Of a DNA stretch of 44,414 nt, positions 25,042-33,917 are shown one piece after another. The notes under the pieces were generated by a model. The model saw nothing but the letters and a program-made list of their open reading frames with translations, had not been told where the DNA came from and ran no database searches. Each line of letters begins with the position of its first letter. The stretch's first letter is position 1. This stretch comes from an uncultured Bacilli bacterium (GTDB lineage Bacteria > Bacillota_I > Bacilli_A > RF39 > UBA660), in contig CANRHM010000001.1 of NCBI GenBank assembly GCA_947630415.1, positions 1-44,414 of the forward strand, in the 5' to 3' direction. The position numbers were made by a program, and so were the translations under genes.

Positions 25042-26973
25042 CTAAATATCAAGATTTTGTACATTCCATGCATTTTCTTCAATAAACTTACGACGAGGAT
25101 CTACTTCATCACCCATTAATTTTTCAAAAATAGCATCGGCTGCAACACAATCTTCTACTGTTATTTTTCTTAAAACACGTTTTTCAATGTCCATCGTTGT
25201 TTCATTTAATTCATCTGCATCCATTTCTCCTAAACCTTTCATACGTGCAATCTCAGCACGAGATCGTACATTTTCTGGTAGAGAATTCATATAAGCATTT
25301 AATTCATCTTCATTTAACACATATTTTCTTGTTTTACCATGCATGATACGGAACAATGGTGGTTGAGCAGCATAGACATGTCCTGCTTGAACAATTGGAC
25401 GGAAGAAACGATAGAATAAAGTTAATAACAATACACGAATATGACTTCCATCAACATCGGCATCGGTCATGATAATAATTTTATCGTACCTTAATTTTGA
25501 TAAATCAAAGTACTCCCCTATTCCCGTTCCAAAAGCGGTAATAATCGTTTTAATTTCTTCATTTCCAAGAGCTCTATCAAGTCTTGCTTTTTCTACATTT
25601 AAAATCTTACCACGTAATGGAAGAATCGCTTGAGTCATCGAGTCTCTTCCCTTTTTAGCAGAACCACCTGCTGAATCTCCCTCGACGATAAAGATTTCAG
25701 AAATGGTTGGATCTTTACTCTTACAATCGGATAATTTACCAAAGAAATTGGTAGTAGCTAAATCGCTTTTTCTAGTAGCTTCTCTTGCTTTTTTAGCGGC
25801 CATTCTGGCATTTCGTGCAAGAATTGCTTTATTGATAATAATTCTTGCTTCTTCTGGATTTTCGAGTAAGAAACGTTCAAAGCCGTCTGAAAATACACTA
25901 TCGGCTAAATTCTTAACTTCAGAGTTTCCAAGACGACCTTTCGTCTGTCCTTCAAATTGAGGATTAGGATGTTTACAAGAGATGATCATAGTCAATCCTT
26001 CTTTAACATCGTCATCTTTTAAATTCTCATCTTTCTCTTTTAAGATGTTGTTCTTTCGTGCATAATTGTTGATAACTCTAGTAAGTGCACGTTTAACTCC
26101 ATCCTCGTGCGTTCCTCCATCATGGGTGTTGATATTATTAACAAAGGAATAAATATTGGTATTATAAGAAGTGTTATATTGCATAGCAACTTCGAAAATA
26201 ACATCGTTCTTTTCTCCTGATAAATGGATAATATCTTCATGAATAGGTGTTTTTTCTTGATTTATGAAACGAACATATTCACTAATACCACCTTCATACA
26301 TAAAGGTTTCTCCGGTCGTATCTTCCATATCACGATCATCACGAATATTTAAAGATAGTCCTTTATTTAAGAAAGCAAGTTCGCGAATTCTAGTCTTTAA
26401 TGTTTCATAATCATAAATGTCGGTATCAAAAATATCGGGATCTGGTTTAAACGAAACAGTAGTACCTGTTCTATCTGGTTCACAGTCCCCTACAACATGT
26501 AAAGGTTCAGTAGTATGTCCACCATTTTCAAAACGCATCTTGTAGATTTTTCCTTCTTTATAAACGGTAACTTCAACCCATTTTGATAAAGCATTTACTA
26601 CACTCGCACCAACACCATGGAGACCTCCTGATACTTTATATCCGCCTCCACCAAATTTTCCACCCGCATGAAGTACCGTATAAACAGTCTCTACTGTAGA
26701 AACACCTGTCTTAGGGTGAATATCTACTGGAATTCCACGTCCATTATCTTTTACGGTAATGGAATTATCTTTATTAATAACAACTTCAATATGTGTACAA
26801 AATCCAGCAAGCGCTTCATCAATAGAGTTATCCACAATTTCCCAAACTAAATGATGGAGTCCTTTAACATCCGTTGTACCAATATACATACCTGGTCTTT
26901 TACGAACCGCTTCTAGTCCTTCCAAAACTTGAATCGATGACGAATCATATTCTTCTTTTACTTTTTCTTCCAT
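25042..26973 (-). CDS. gyrB: DNA gyrase subunit B
   Basis: 643 aa. GHKL ATPase motifs ([15 protein letters not shown]), Toprim EGDSAGG and [10 protein letters not shown]. Confidence 0.95.
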   Translation of the reverse strand: MEEKVKEEYDSSSIQVLEGLEAVRKRPGMYIGTTDVKGLHHLVWEIVDNSIDEALAGFCTHIEVVINKDNSITVKDNGRGIPVDIHPKTGVSTVETVYTVLHAGGKFGGGGYKVSGGLHGVGASVVNALSKWVEVTVYKEGKIYKMRFENGGHTTEPLHVVGDCEPDRTGTTVSFKPDPDIFDTDIYDYETLKTRIRELAFLNKGLSLNIRDDRDMEDTTGETFMYEGGISEYVRFINQEKTPIHEDIIHLSGEKNDVIFEVAMQYNTSYNTNIYSFVNNINTHDGGTHEDGVKRALTRVINNYARKNNILKEKDENLKDDDVKEGLTMIISCKHPNPQFEGQTKGRLGNSEVKNLADSVFSDGFERFLLENPEEARIIINKAILARNARMAAKKAREATRKSDLATTNFFGKLSDCKSKDPTISEIFIVEGDSAGGSAKKGRDSMTQAILPLRGKILNVEKARLDRALGNEEIKTIITAFGTGIGEYFDLSKLRYDKIIIMTDADVDGSHIRVLLLTLFYRFFRPIVQAGHVYAAQPPLFRIMHGKTRKYVLNEDELNAYMNSLPENVRSRAEIARMKGLGEMDADELNETTMDIEKRVLRKITVEDCVAADAIFEKLMGDEVDPRRKFIEENAWNVQNLDI

Positions 26974-26974
26974 C

Positions 26975-28090
26975 TTATTTCATCCTTTCTTCGATTGTTC
27001 CATCTTGTACTGTAAATATTTTAGCATCTTGTAATACATCCCTTTTTATATCTTTTAAATCGGTTGTAGTAATGATGGTTTGAATATCTTTTTCAATATA
27101 CTTTAATAATTTATTTTTCTTCTTTCGATCAATTTCACTAAAAATATCATCTAATAAAAGAACCGGTGTTGTAGAGGTATCTTCTTTAAAGAGTTCAATC
27201 TCTGCTAATTTAAAACAAATAACAGCTAATCGTTGTTGTCCTTGAGAAGCAAAAAAACGCATATTATCGTTGTTCAAATAAAAAGAAAAATCATCTCGGT
27301 GCGGTCCATATAAAGAAGTTCCTTGAGCTAGTTCTCGTTCCCTATTCTTTCGTAATTTGTTCATTAATTCTTTATTTAGACTTTCTTCTTCAAAGTTAGC
27401 AACTTCAATATTCGGTTCATATTTTATAACAAGACCAATATTTCCTGTTATATTTTCATAAATAGTACCTATCACTTTATTAATTCGATTCAAAAATTCA
27501 TTTCGATATTTATAGATTTTTACGGCTCTCTCCACTAGTTTTTCATCTAATACCGATAAATAGTTCTCATCTTTTAAATGATTCACATACATAAGTCGTA
27601 AATACTCATTCCGATTTTTTAAAATTTTATCGTACTCATTTAGTAGTTGCAGATAAGACCTCGATAATTGACTCATATCAATATTTAAAAGATTTCTTCT
27701 AATCGATGGTGAACCTTTGATAATCTCTAAATCATCAGGTGTAAAAATAATCACATTTAAATGGGTAATATAGTCGGCCATTTTTCTTACTTCTTTACCA
27801 TTTAATAAAACTTTTTTCTGTAATTTAGTAAGTTGAATTTCTAAATCACGAAAGATCTTTCCATCTTTCACGGTACCTTTAATTTTAGCTTGTTCCTCCC
27901 CTATTTTGATTAATGTGTTGTCAATTCCTGGACGATGTGATTTCGTAAGAGCTAAAAGATAGATACTTTCTAGAATATTGGTTTTTCCCTGAGCATTGTT
28001 TCCTACAAATATATTGATTCCTGAATGTAATTTAATATTTTGCTTTTTATAATTTCGAAAATGAATTAAGCTAATTTTCGTTAATATCAT
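26975..28090 (-). CDS. recF: DNA replication/repair protein RecF
   Basis: GNNAQGKTN Walker A, SQGQQR signature and LLLDDI Walker B. Confidence 0.95.
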   Translation of the reverse strand: MILTKISLIHFRNYKKQNIKLHSGINIFVGNNAQGKTNILESIYLLALTKSHRPGIDNTLIKIGEEQAKIKGTVKDGKIFRDLEIQLTKLQKKVLLNGKEVRKMADYITHLNVIIFTPDDLEIIKGSPSIRRNLLNIDMSQLSRSYLQLLNEYDKILKNRNEYLRLMYVNHLKDENYLSVLDEKLVERAVKIYKYRNEFLNRINKVIGTIYENITGNIGLVIKYEPNIEVANFEEESLNKELMNKLRKNRERELAQGTSLYGPHRDDFSFYLNNDNMRFFASQGQQRLAVICFKLAEIELFKEDTSTTPVLLLDDIFSEIDRKKKNKLLKYIEKDIQTIITTTDLKDIKRDVLQDAKIFTVQDGTIEERMK

Positions 28091-28202
28091 AATTTGATAA
28101 AAAAACGCTCATAAAATCACCTTTTCTTGAAGTCCAATACTCCTATACACACAAATCTATTATAACATAGATTTTATCTTTAAGCCATAAAAAAAGGCTT
28201 TT

Positions 28203-28658
28203 TTAGCCATTTTTTACTTTTTTTCGATGATTTAAAATTGATTCTAATAAAGTCGCTCTTAAAAATTGATTATTTAAAGAATAACTGGAGACATTTGTTT
28301 TAATAATTTTTCCATTTTTGAAATAGATTAGAGCCTTTTTTTGATTTTTTCCAATCTTTCTAAAATGTTTAAGGGATATCCAAATACAATTATCCAATAA
28401 AGGTGAATTGGTTGGAAAGAAAATAAGTCTTCTTGCCTCTTCTACTACGATAGGTAATTTGTATTCCGCATTTAATATAGCTTTAGACCCCATTACTCTC
28501 CCCTCATAACTACTTCCATAATACCTACAACTGTCATCCATAATCTCATAAGCAGACTTATCCACGATATATTCATCGTGAGTTTCGATAATACGTGACT
28601 TATTTTCAGATATACTAATAATAGCCAGTGTATTATCATTAATTTCATAATCAAACAT
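28203..28658 (-). CDS. comK: ComK-family competence transcription factor (151 aa)
   Basis: Start moved to MFDYEIN (RBS GGGGGAAAAG). SCRYYGSSYEGRVMGS, LIFFPTNSPLLDNCIWISL and FKNGKIIKTNVSSYSLNNQFLRATLL parallel B. subtilis ComK SCRFFGSSYAGRKAGT, IFLFPTLSSTRPQCGWIS and FSNGKTMELPISYNSFENQVYRTAWL (from memory). Confidence 0.65.
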   Translation of the reverse strand: MFDYEINDNTLAIISISENKSRIIETHDEYIVDKSAYEIMDDSCRYYGSSYEGRVMGSKAILNAEYKLPIVVEEARRLIFFPTNSPLLDNCIWISLKHFRKIGKNQKKALIYFKNGKIIKTNVSSYSLNNQFLRATLLESILNHRKKVKNG

Positions 28659-28757
28659 TTCTTTTCCCCCTAACTGCAAATTTTAAATTTGCGCCACCAG
28701 TTTATCAAATTTACTTGTCGAATTTGCTCTAATTTTGTCGAAGGATAAAAATTTTGT

Positions 28758-28790
28758 CAAAAAAAAGAAGAAATCGTTTTTTTTCTTCTT
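28758..28790 (-). terminator. intrinsic terminator after dnaN
   Basis: Minus strand AAGAAGAAA-loop-TTTCTTCTT followed by a T-run. Confidence 0.65.
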
Positions 28791-28791
28791 T

Positions 28792-29913
28792 TTAATAAGT
28801 ACGAATTGGTAAAACTAATTGAACGAGTGTTGGATCGTCTTTTGATTTTAAAATAATAGGTTTTATCTCTCCTACAAAAGAGATATCCACATTATCTGAA
28901 GGAAAACTTCTTAACGCTTCCATCATGTATTTAGCTACAAATGAAATTCGAATATTTTCATCATTATCTTTTTCCACAACCATCTTTTCTTCAACACGTC
29001 CTAATTCAAGTGAACTAGATCTAACAAATAACTTATTATCATCCGTTTCAAGGGTTACTACATTCTTCTCTTTATCGCTGGTTAAGATACTAGCTCGATC
29101 AATAACACTATATAAAGCACTTACAGTAGTTGAAACCGTTAATAACGAATCCTCAGGTAATAGATTAGAAGTATTTGGATAAGTTCCACTAATAAGACGG
29201 GATTGGAATAAAAGATTTTCGAACTTAAATAGTATCTTGTTATTAAATACATGTAATTCCATTAAGTCTTCGGTATCAGGCATAATCTTACTTAATTCAA
29301 TTAAATTTTTACTTGGAATAATAATATTGTAACTCTCCTCTACTACTTGATCTAAACTAATTGTTTTACGAGCAAGACGATAAGAGTCGGTGGCATTACA
29401 TTCAAGAATATTTCCATTAATCTTAAAGTTAAGTCCGGTTAAAACTGGTCTAGATTCATCATTAGAAGAAGCAAAAGCAGTTTGATCAATAATACTCTTA
29501 AATATGTTATTAGAAATCTTAATTGGCTTCTTACTTTCTTCTAAATTAATATTAGGATATTCTGTTTGACTGATTCCATTTAAATTAAATTCACTATTAT
29601 CTGTATAAATAAGTATCTTTAAATCATCAATCACTTCTATATTAATGTATTCATCAGGTAGTTTGCGAACAATATCTAAAACATATTTTCCTTGAATGAT
29701 AATACTTCCTTCTGTTTCAATCTCCATGGCATCTTTTGCTTCGATAAAAGTTTGAATCGTTATATCATTATCTGATGCGGTTAAAGTTAAACCTTTCTTC
29801 GATAAGTCAAATTTAATACCTGATAATACAGGAATTAGAGTTTTACTAGAAAGTGCTTTTGAAACTTTATTTAATCCGTCTTGAAGAATTTCCTTTTTAA
29901 TTTTTAATTTCAT
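28792..29913 (-). CDS. dnaN: DNA polymerase III subunit beta (sliding clamp)
   Basis: 373 aa, three-domain clamp pattern (PVLSGIKF, RPVLTGLNF, ATDSYRLA, LVLPIRT). Confidence 0.95.
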   Translation of the reverse strand: MKLKIKKEILQDGLNKVSKALSSKTLIPVLSGIKFDLSKKGLTLTASDNDITIQTFIEAKDAMEIETEGSIIIQGKYVLDIVRKLPDEYINIEVIDDLKILIYTDNSEFNLNGISQTEYPNINLEESKKPIKISNNIFKSIIDQTAFASSNDESRPVLTGLNFKINGNILECNATDSYRLARKTISLDQVVEESYNIIIPSKNLIELSKIMPDTEDLMELHVFNNKILFKFENLLFQSRLISGTYPNTSNLLPEDSLLTVSTTVSALYSVIDRASILTSDKEKNVVTLETDDNKLFVRSSSLELGRVEEKMVVEKDNDENIRISFVAKYMMEALRSFPSDNVDISFVGEIKPIILKSKDDPTLVQLVLPIRTY

Positions 29914-30052
29914 ATTATATTCCTTCTTTCTTATACTTTTTTATTATTTTTAAAGTGGAAACTGTTAATAACTTCATTTTCACTTTATTTTACTATTTTT
30001 TCTTTCTTTTTTTCTTGTGGAAAAATGCGTTTATAATTTTTATTTATCCCCT
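29914..30052. other. oriC right part (dnaA-dnaN spacer): DnaA boxes plus an AT-rich candidate unwinding element
   Basis: TGTGGAAAA (30016-30024, 1 mismatch) and TTATCCCCT (30044-52, 2 mismatches). An almost pure A/T, strand-asymmetric tract lies at about 29940-30015. Confidence 0.55.
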
Positions 30053-31420
30053 TCACTTGATATCTTTCATTAGTTTTTCAATGGTTCCTGCTAATTCTTT
30101 ATTCGTTTTCATTTCTCGTTCGATTTTTTCACAGGAATGCATGACAGTAGAATGATCTTTTCCACCAAATTCCATTCCTATCTTAGGAAAAGATTCATTG
30201 GTAAGTTTTCTACACAGGTACATGGCCACTTGTCTTGGAAAAGCAAGATTTGCACTTCTCTTTTTACTTTTCATATCTTCATTTGATATTTGGTAGAACT
30301 CGGCCACTCGCTTTTGAATTTTTTGAATATCATTTTTCTCAGTTACTCCTCTGTTGATAAAATCTTTTAAGGCTTCTATTGCTAAGTCTAAGTTAATTTC
30401 TTGTCCACCCATAATGGTGGAATATGCAAGAAGTCTATTAACTGATCCTTCTAATTGCCTGACATCGTTTCCCATATTAGAAGCAATATATTCAATGACA
30501 TCTTCGGGAATTTCTCTTTCAATGGCTCCTCCTAAAATTTTCTTTTTTAAAATGGATACGCGTAAATCGAAATCTGGTGGAAAAATATCTACCGTCAATC
30601 CCCAACAGAACCTTGTTCGTAACCTATCTTCTAAGACTTTTAAATCATCTGGTGAACGGTCCGATGAAATAATAATTTGTTTATTATCACTATATAAGGT
30701 ATTAAACGTGTGGAAAAATTCTTGTTGAGTTTTGGTAGCCCCTCCTAAAAACTGAATATCATCAATGATGAGTACATCGACATTTCGATATTTATTTTTA
30801 AAGTATTCTATATAATTAAAGTTATTGCCATTATCATCTTTAGTATTGATACCTAAGAAATCTTCTATAAATTGTTCACTGGTAACATATAATACGCGTC
30901 GATTAGAATTTTGTACGATGAAATTTCCAATCGCATGCATCAAATGGGTTTTTCCTAATCCACTATTACCATAGATAAATAAGGGATTATATATTTTTCC
31001 AGGATTTTCTGCTACCGCTAAAGCCGCGGCATGAGCAAATTTATTACTATTTCCAACAACAAAGTTTTCAAAAGTATAATTTGGATTTAAGTTTGATTGA
31101 ACATTATTATTGGAAGGAATAATAACTTCTTTCTCTTCTTCTTTTCGTCGCTCAATTTCTTTTTTCTCATCAATTTCTTCTTGAAGTAAGAATTCTATTT
31201 CAAAATTAGATCCTGCTAGATTATTAAATGTTTGAACAATTAAATCTTTATAATTATCTTCTAGATGTCGTTTATGTATTTCCATAGGAACAATGATCGT
31301 TGCTTTTCCATTCTCGAGTGCGTAAAGATGCGTATCTTGAAACCACGTTTCGTAAGATAAGGAGGTAATTTCTTTTTTTATTTCTTCTAAGAAATTATCC
31401 CATAAGATGGTAACATTCAT
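30053..31420 (-). CDS. dnaA: chromosomal replication initiator protein DnaA
   Basis: Start taken at MNVTILWDNFL (ATG 31420, AAGGA upstream). GNSGLGKTHL Walker A, IIDDIQFL, the sensor motifs and the C-terminal DnaA-box-binding helix (DHSTVMHS). Confidence 0.95.
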   Translation of the reverse strand: MNVTILWDNFLEEIKKEITSLSYETWFQDTHLYALENGKATIIVPMEIHKRHLEDNYKDLIVQTFNNLAGSNFEIEFLLQEEIDEKKEIERRKEEEKEVIIPSNNNVQSNLNPNYTFENFVVGNSNKFAHAAALAVAENPGKIYNPLFIYGNSGLGKTHLMHAIGNFIVQNSNRRVLYVTSEQFIEDFLGINTKDDNGNNFNYIEYFKNKYRNVDVLIIDDIQFLGGATKTQQEFFHTFNTLYSDNKQIIISSDRSPDDLKVLEDRLRTRFCWGLTVDIFPPDFDLRVSILKKKILGGAIEREIPEDVIEYIASNMGNDVRQLEGSVNRLLAYSTIMGGQEINLDLAIEALKDFINRGVTEKNDIQKIQKRVAEFYQISNEDMKSKKRSANLAFPRQVAMYLCRKLTNESFPKIGMEFGGKDHSTVMHSCEKIEREMKTNKELAGTIEKLMKDIK

Positions 31421-31486
31421 AAATATCACATCCTTACCAGCGTATTTTTTAAAAGTAAATTCATTGTTTTTTATTGTAACTGAAAT

Positions 31487-31675
31487 TGTGGAAAAAGAAA
31501 AGGAAAAAAATTAAAAAATTAAAATTCACAGGATATTCACCTGTTTTGCACAAAGTTATCCACTAATCTTATCTTTATTATATAAGGAAATGGTTGATTT
31601 TTCCACAGAATGTGTAAATTTGGTAATCAACATGGTGTATTTTGTTTTCCACAAGGCTGTGCAAAATGTGGATAA
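31487..31675. other. oriC left part: DnaA-box cluster upstream of dnaA
   Basis: TGTGGATAA perfect (31667-75). One-mismatch boxes: TGTGGAAAA (31487-95), TTATCCACT (31556-64), TTTTCCACA (31599-607) and TTTTCCACA (31645-53). Two-mismatch boxes: 31544-52 and 31658-66. Confidence 0.8.
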
Positions 31676-31694
31676 ATAAAAATCTAAAAAGCGG

Positions 31695-31724
31695 TTGACA
31701 AAATTCTTCTTTTCCTATTATAAT
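31695..31724 (+). promoter_or_regulatory. sigma-A promoter of rpmH-rnpA
   Basis: TTGACA(31695-700)-18 nt-TATAAT(31719-24). Confidence 0.55.
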
Positions 31725-31755
31725 AATGGAGACTTTATGTTTGGAGGTGGAAATG

Positions 31756-31878
31756 ATGAAAAGAACGTATCAACCAAATAATCGTAAAAAAGCAAAAAAA
31801 CATGGTTTCTTTGCAAGAGTAAAAACAAATGTAATTAAGAAACGTAGAGCGAAAGGACGTAAGCAATTAGCAAAATAA
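31756..31878 (+). CDS. rpmH: 50S ribosomal protein L34 (40 aa; below the ORF-track cutoff)
   Basis: Hand translation gives [40 protein letters not shown], with GGAGG upstream. An extra in-frame ATG lies at 31753. Confidence 0.9.
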   Translation: MKRTYQPNNRKKAKKHGFFARVKTNVIKKRRAKGRKQLAK

Positions 31879-31880
31879 TA

Positions 31881-31905
31881 CCACTGAGACTTTCAGTGGT
31901 TTTTT
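31881..31905 (+). terminator. intrinsic terminator/attenuator after rpmH
   Basis: CCACTGA-GACTT-TCAGTGG followed by T6. Confidence 0.8.
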
Positions 31906-31955
31906 CCTATTATAAATAGTCTTGGATCAAAAATAAAAATAAAGGGAGTGATCCA

Positions 31956-32306
31956 GTGAAAAAAGCAAATATTGTAAAAGAAAATGCTCTTTTTAATGAT
32001 ATTATAAGCACAGGGAAATGTGTAAAAAATAAAAACCTTGTCATCTATTATAATATAAATAAGGAAAAGAGATATCGCTTTGGCATATCCGTTGGTAAAA
32101 AAATAGGAAATGCCGTTACTAGGAATTATCAAAAGCGCAGAATAAGGAATATTGTGGATAATCATAAAAATCTCTATTCAAATGACTTAGATTATATTAT
32201 AATAATAAGAAGAAATGTTTTAAATGAGGACTTCATACACTTAGATGAAAGCTTCGTTCAACTGATGAATAATATTAATAAGATGAGAGAAAGGAGCACC
32301 GAATGA
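31956..32306 (+). CDS. rnpA: ribonuclease P protein component
   Basis: GTG start after AAGGGAG. RFGISVGKKIGNAVTRNYQKRRIR (RNR motif). Confidence 0.9.
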   Translation: MKKANIVKENALFNDIISTGKCVKNKNLVIYYNINKEKRYRFGISVGKKIGNAVTRNYQKRRIRNIVDNHKNLYSNDLDYIIIIRRNVLNEDFIHLDESFVQLMNNINKMRERSTE

Positions 32307-33232
32307 AAAAAACGACAAAAAAGAAATTTATTATTTTACTACTGTTAGTATTTTTATTTACCGGATGTACTCAAACATTAAAGAATCAAGAAAATAAAGA
32401 TGTAGTTAATCCTGAAACAGGACAAAGTCTTACAGGAAATATTTTATGTCAACCAACCGATGAAAAAACAAGGGAATTGTATACCGAAGCAGGAGTTAAC
32501 TTAGACGATTATGTCGAATGTAAAAACTTTACTCCGCTTACGGGAAAAGATGATGGACTTTGGGAAACAATCTTTGTCAAACCATTAGCATTTATTATTT
32601 TGTGGATAAGTGAATTTGTAAAGAGTTCTGCATTATCGATTATAATTGTTACTTTATTGATAAGATTAGTGGTTTATCCACTTACCAATAAAGCAGCACT
32701 TCAATCGGAACTTATTAAGAAAGCTCAACCAGAATTAGATAAACTGGAAAAGAAATATGCGAATAAGAATGACCAAGAATCGTTAATGCGAAAAAGTCAA
32801 GAAATGACCTTAATCTATAAGAAATATAATATTAATCCTTTATCTGGTTGTCTCTTTGCTTTTATTCAATTACCTTTATTCTTTGCTTTCTTAGAAGCTA
32901 TTAATCGTCTACCTATCATCTTTGAAGAAACTTTCTTAGGAATGCAAATGGGAACTACTCCTTGGAATGGATTATTAAATCAACATAATTTTGTTTACTT
33001 ACTATTAGTAGTATTAATTGGTTTAACCACTTTTGTATCAATGCAAATGAATCGTACTAGTGCAGTATCTAGTGATGATCCAATGAAAAATATGACTACC
33101 ATCATGACTGTTATGATTATCATTATGTCCTTCTTTATGCCTAGTGCTTTAGGTATTTACTGGAGTGCATCTAACGTATTTACAATGATTCAGAATTTAA
33201 TTGTAAAAAGGAGTAAGAAGTTAAATGGATAA
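32303..33232 (+). CDS. yidC: membrane protein insertase YidC/SpoIIIJ (lipoprotein type)
   Basis: Lipobox LFTGC, conserved PLTNKAALQS... and YWSASNVFTMIQ motifs. ATGA overlap with rnpA. Confidence 0.9.
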   Translation: MKKTTKKKFIILLLLVFLFTGCTQTLKNQENKDVVNPETGQSLTGNILCQPTDEKTRELYTEAGVNLDDYVECKNFTPLTGKDDGLWETIFVKPLAFIILWISEFVKSSALSIIIVTLLIRLVVYPLTNKAALQSELIKKAQPELDKLEKKYANKNDQESLMRKSQEMTLIYKKYNINPLSGCLFAFIQLPLFFAFLEAINRLPIIFEETFLGMQMGTTPWNGLLNQHNFVYLLLVVLIGLTTFVSMQMNRTSAVSSDDPMKNMTTIMTVMIIIMSFFMPSALGIYWSASNVFTMIQNLIVKRSKKLNG

Positions 33233-33848
33233 GAGAATTTTTACAGGAAAAACAAAAGAAGAAGCTATTAATCAAGCTTTAATTGAATTACAAGAGGAAG
33301 AAGAGAACATCTATGTTAAAGAATTAGAATCAACTAAAGGAGGATTATTTAAATCGCCTAAAGTTGAAATCGAAGTTTTTACTAAAGACGATGTCATCGA
33401 ATTTATCAAAGAATATTTACAAAAATTAGTTCATGATATGGGAATTGGTATCAATATCGAAATTAAGAAAAGAGAAAGAAATATTAATATTACGATTTTA
33501 TCAGATAACAATGCTCTATTAATTGGTAAAAATGGACGTACCATGGATGCTTTAAATGTTATTTTGAGACAAGCTATCAATGCGAAGTTTGGAATCTATT
33601 TTAACTTTGTCCTAGATGTAGGAGAATATAAAGAAAAACAACATCAAAATCTAGAACGTATGGCTAAACAAATTGCAAGAGAAGTAGCAAGAACAAAAGT
33701 TCCTGCAAAACTCGATCCAATGAATTCTTATGAACGAAGAATTGTACATAGTGCTTTAACAGATAACAAAAGAGTTTATACCGAAAGTGAAGGTACAGAA
33801 CCTAAACGTTATGTTGTTATTAAACCAAAAGAGGAAGAAGACAAATAA
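33225..33848 (+). CDS. jag: Jag/KhpB RNA-binding protein (Jag_N, KH, R3H)
   Basis: LIGKNGRTMDALNVIL (KH) and SYERRIVHSAL (R3H). Confidence 0.9.
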   Translation: MDKRIFTGKTKEEAINQALIELQEEEENIYVKELESTKGGLFKSPKVEIEVFTKDDVIEFIKEYLQKLVHDMGIGINIEIKKRERNINITILSDNNALLIGKNGRTMDALNVILRQAINAKFGIYFNFVLDVGEYKEKQHQNLERMAKQIAREVARTKVPAKLDPMNSYERRIVHSALTDNKRVYTESEGTEPKRYVVIKPKEEEDK

Positions 33849-33860
33849 TCTTCTTTTTTT
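33835..33860 (+). terminator. possible intrinsic terminator overlapping the jag stop
   Basis: AAGAAGA-CAAATAA-TCTTCTT followed by a T-run. Confidence 0.5.
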
Positions 33861-33917
33861 ATTTTCTATTTTGTGCTATAATCAAAGTCATTACGGAGTA
33901 TATTAGGAAGTGATTTT

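Noticed and set aside
30354-30728. 124-aa plus-strand ORF inside dnaA
   Set aside because: It is antisense to the conserved AAA+ region of dnaA and is a chance ORF.
31753-31878. L34 appears 4 residues shorter than the usual 44 aa ([21 protein letters not shown])
   Set aside because: It is probably a benign lineage-specific deletion in a loop. The reading frame, RBS and terminator are intact, so there is no evidence of a pseudogene.
31893-32165. 90-aa minus-strand ORF overlapping rnpA
   Set aside because: It is antisense to rnpA, which has clear family motifs and the conserved rpmH-rnpA-yidC context. The product is hydrophobic low-complexity sequence.
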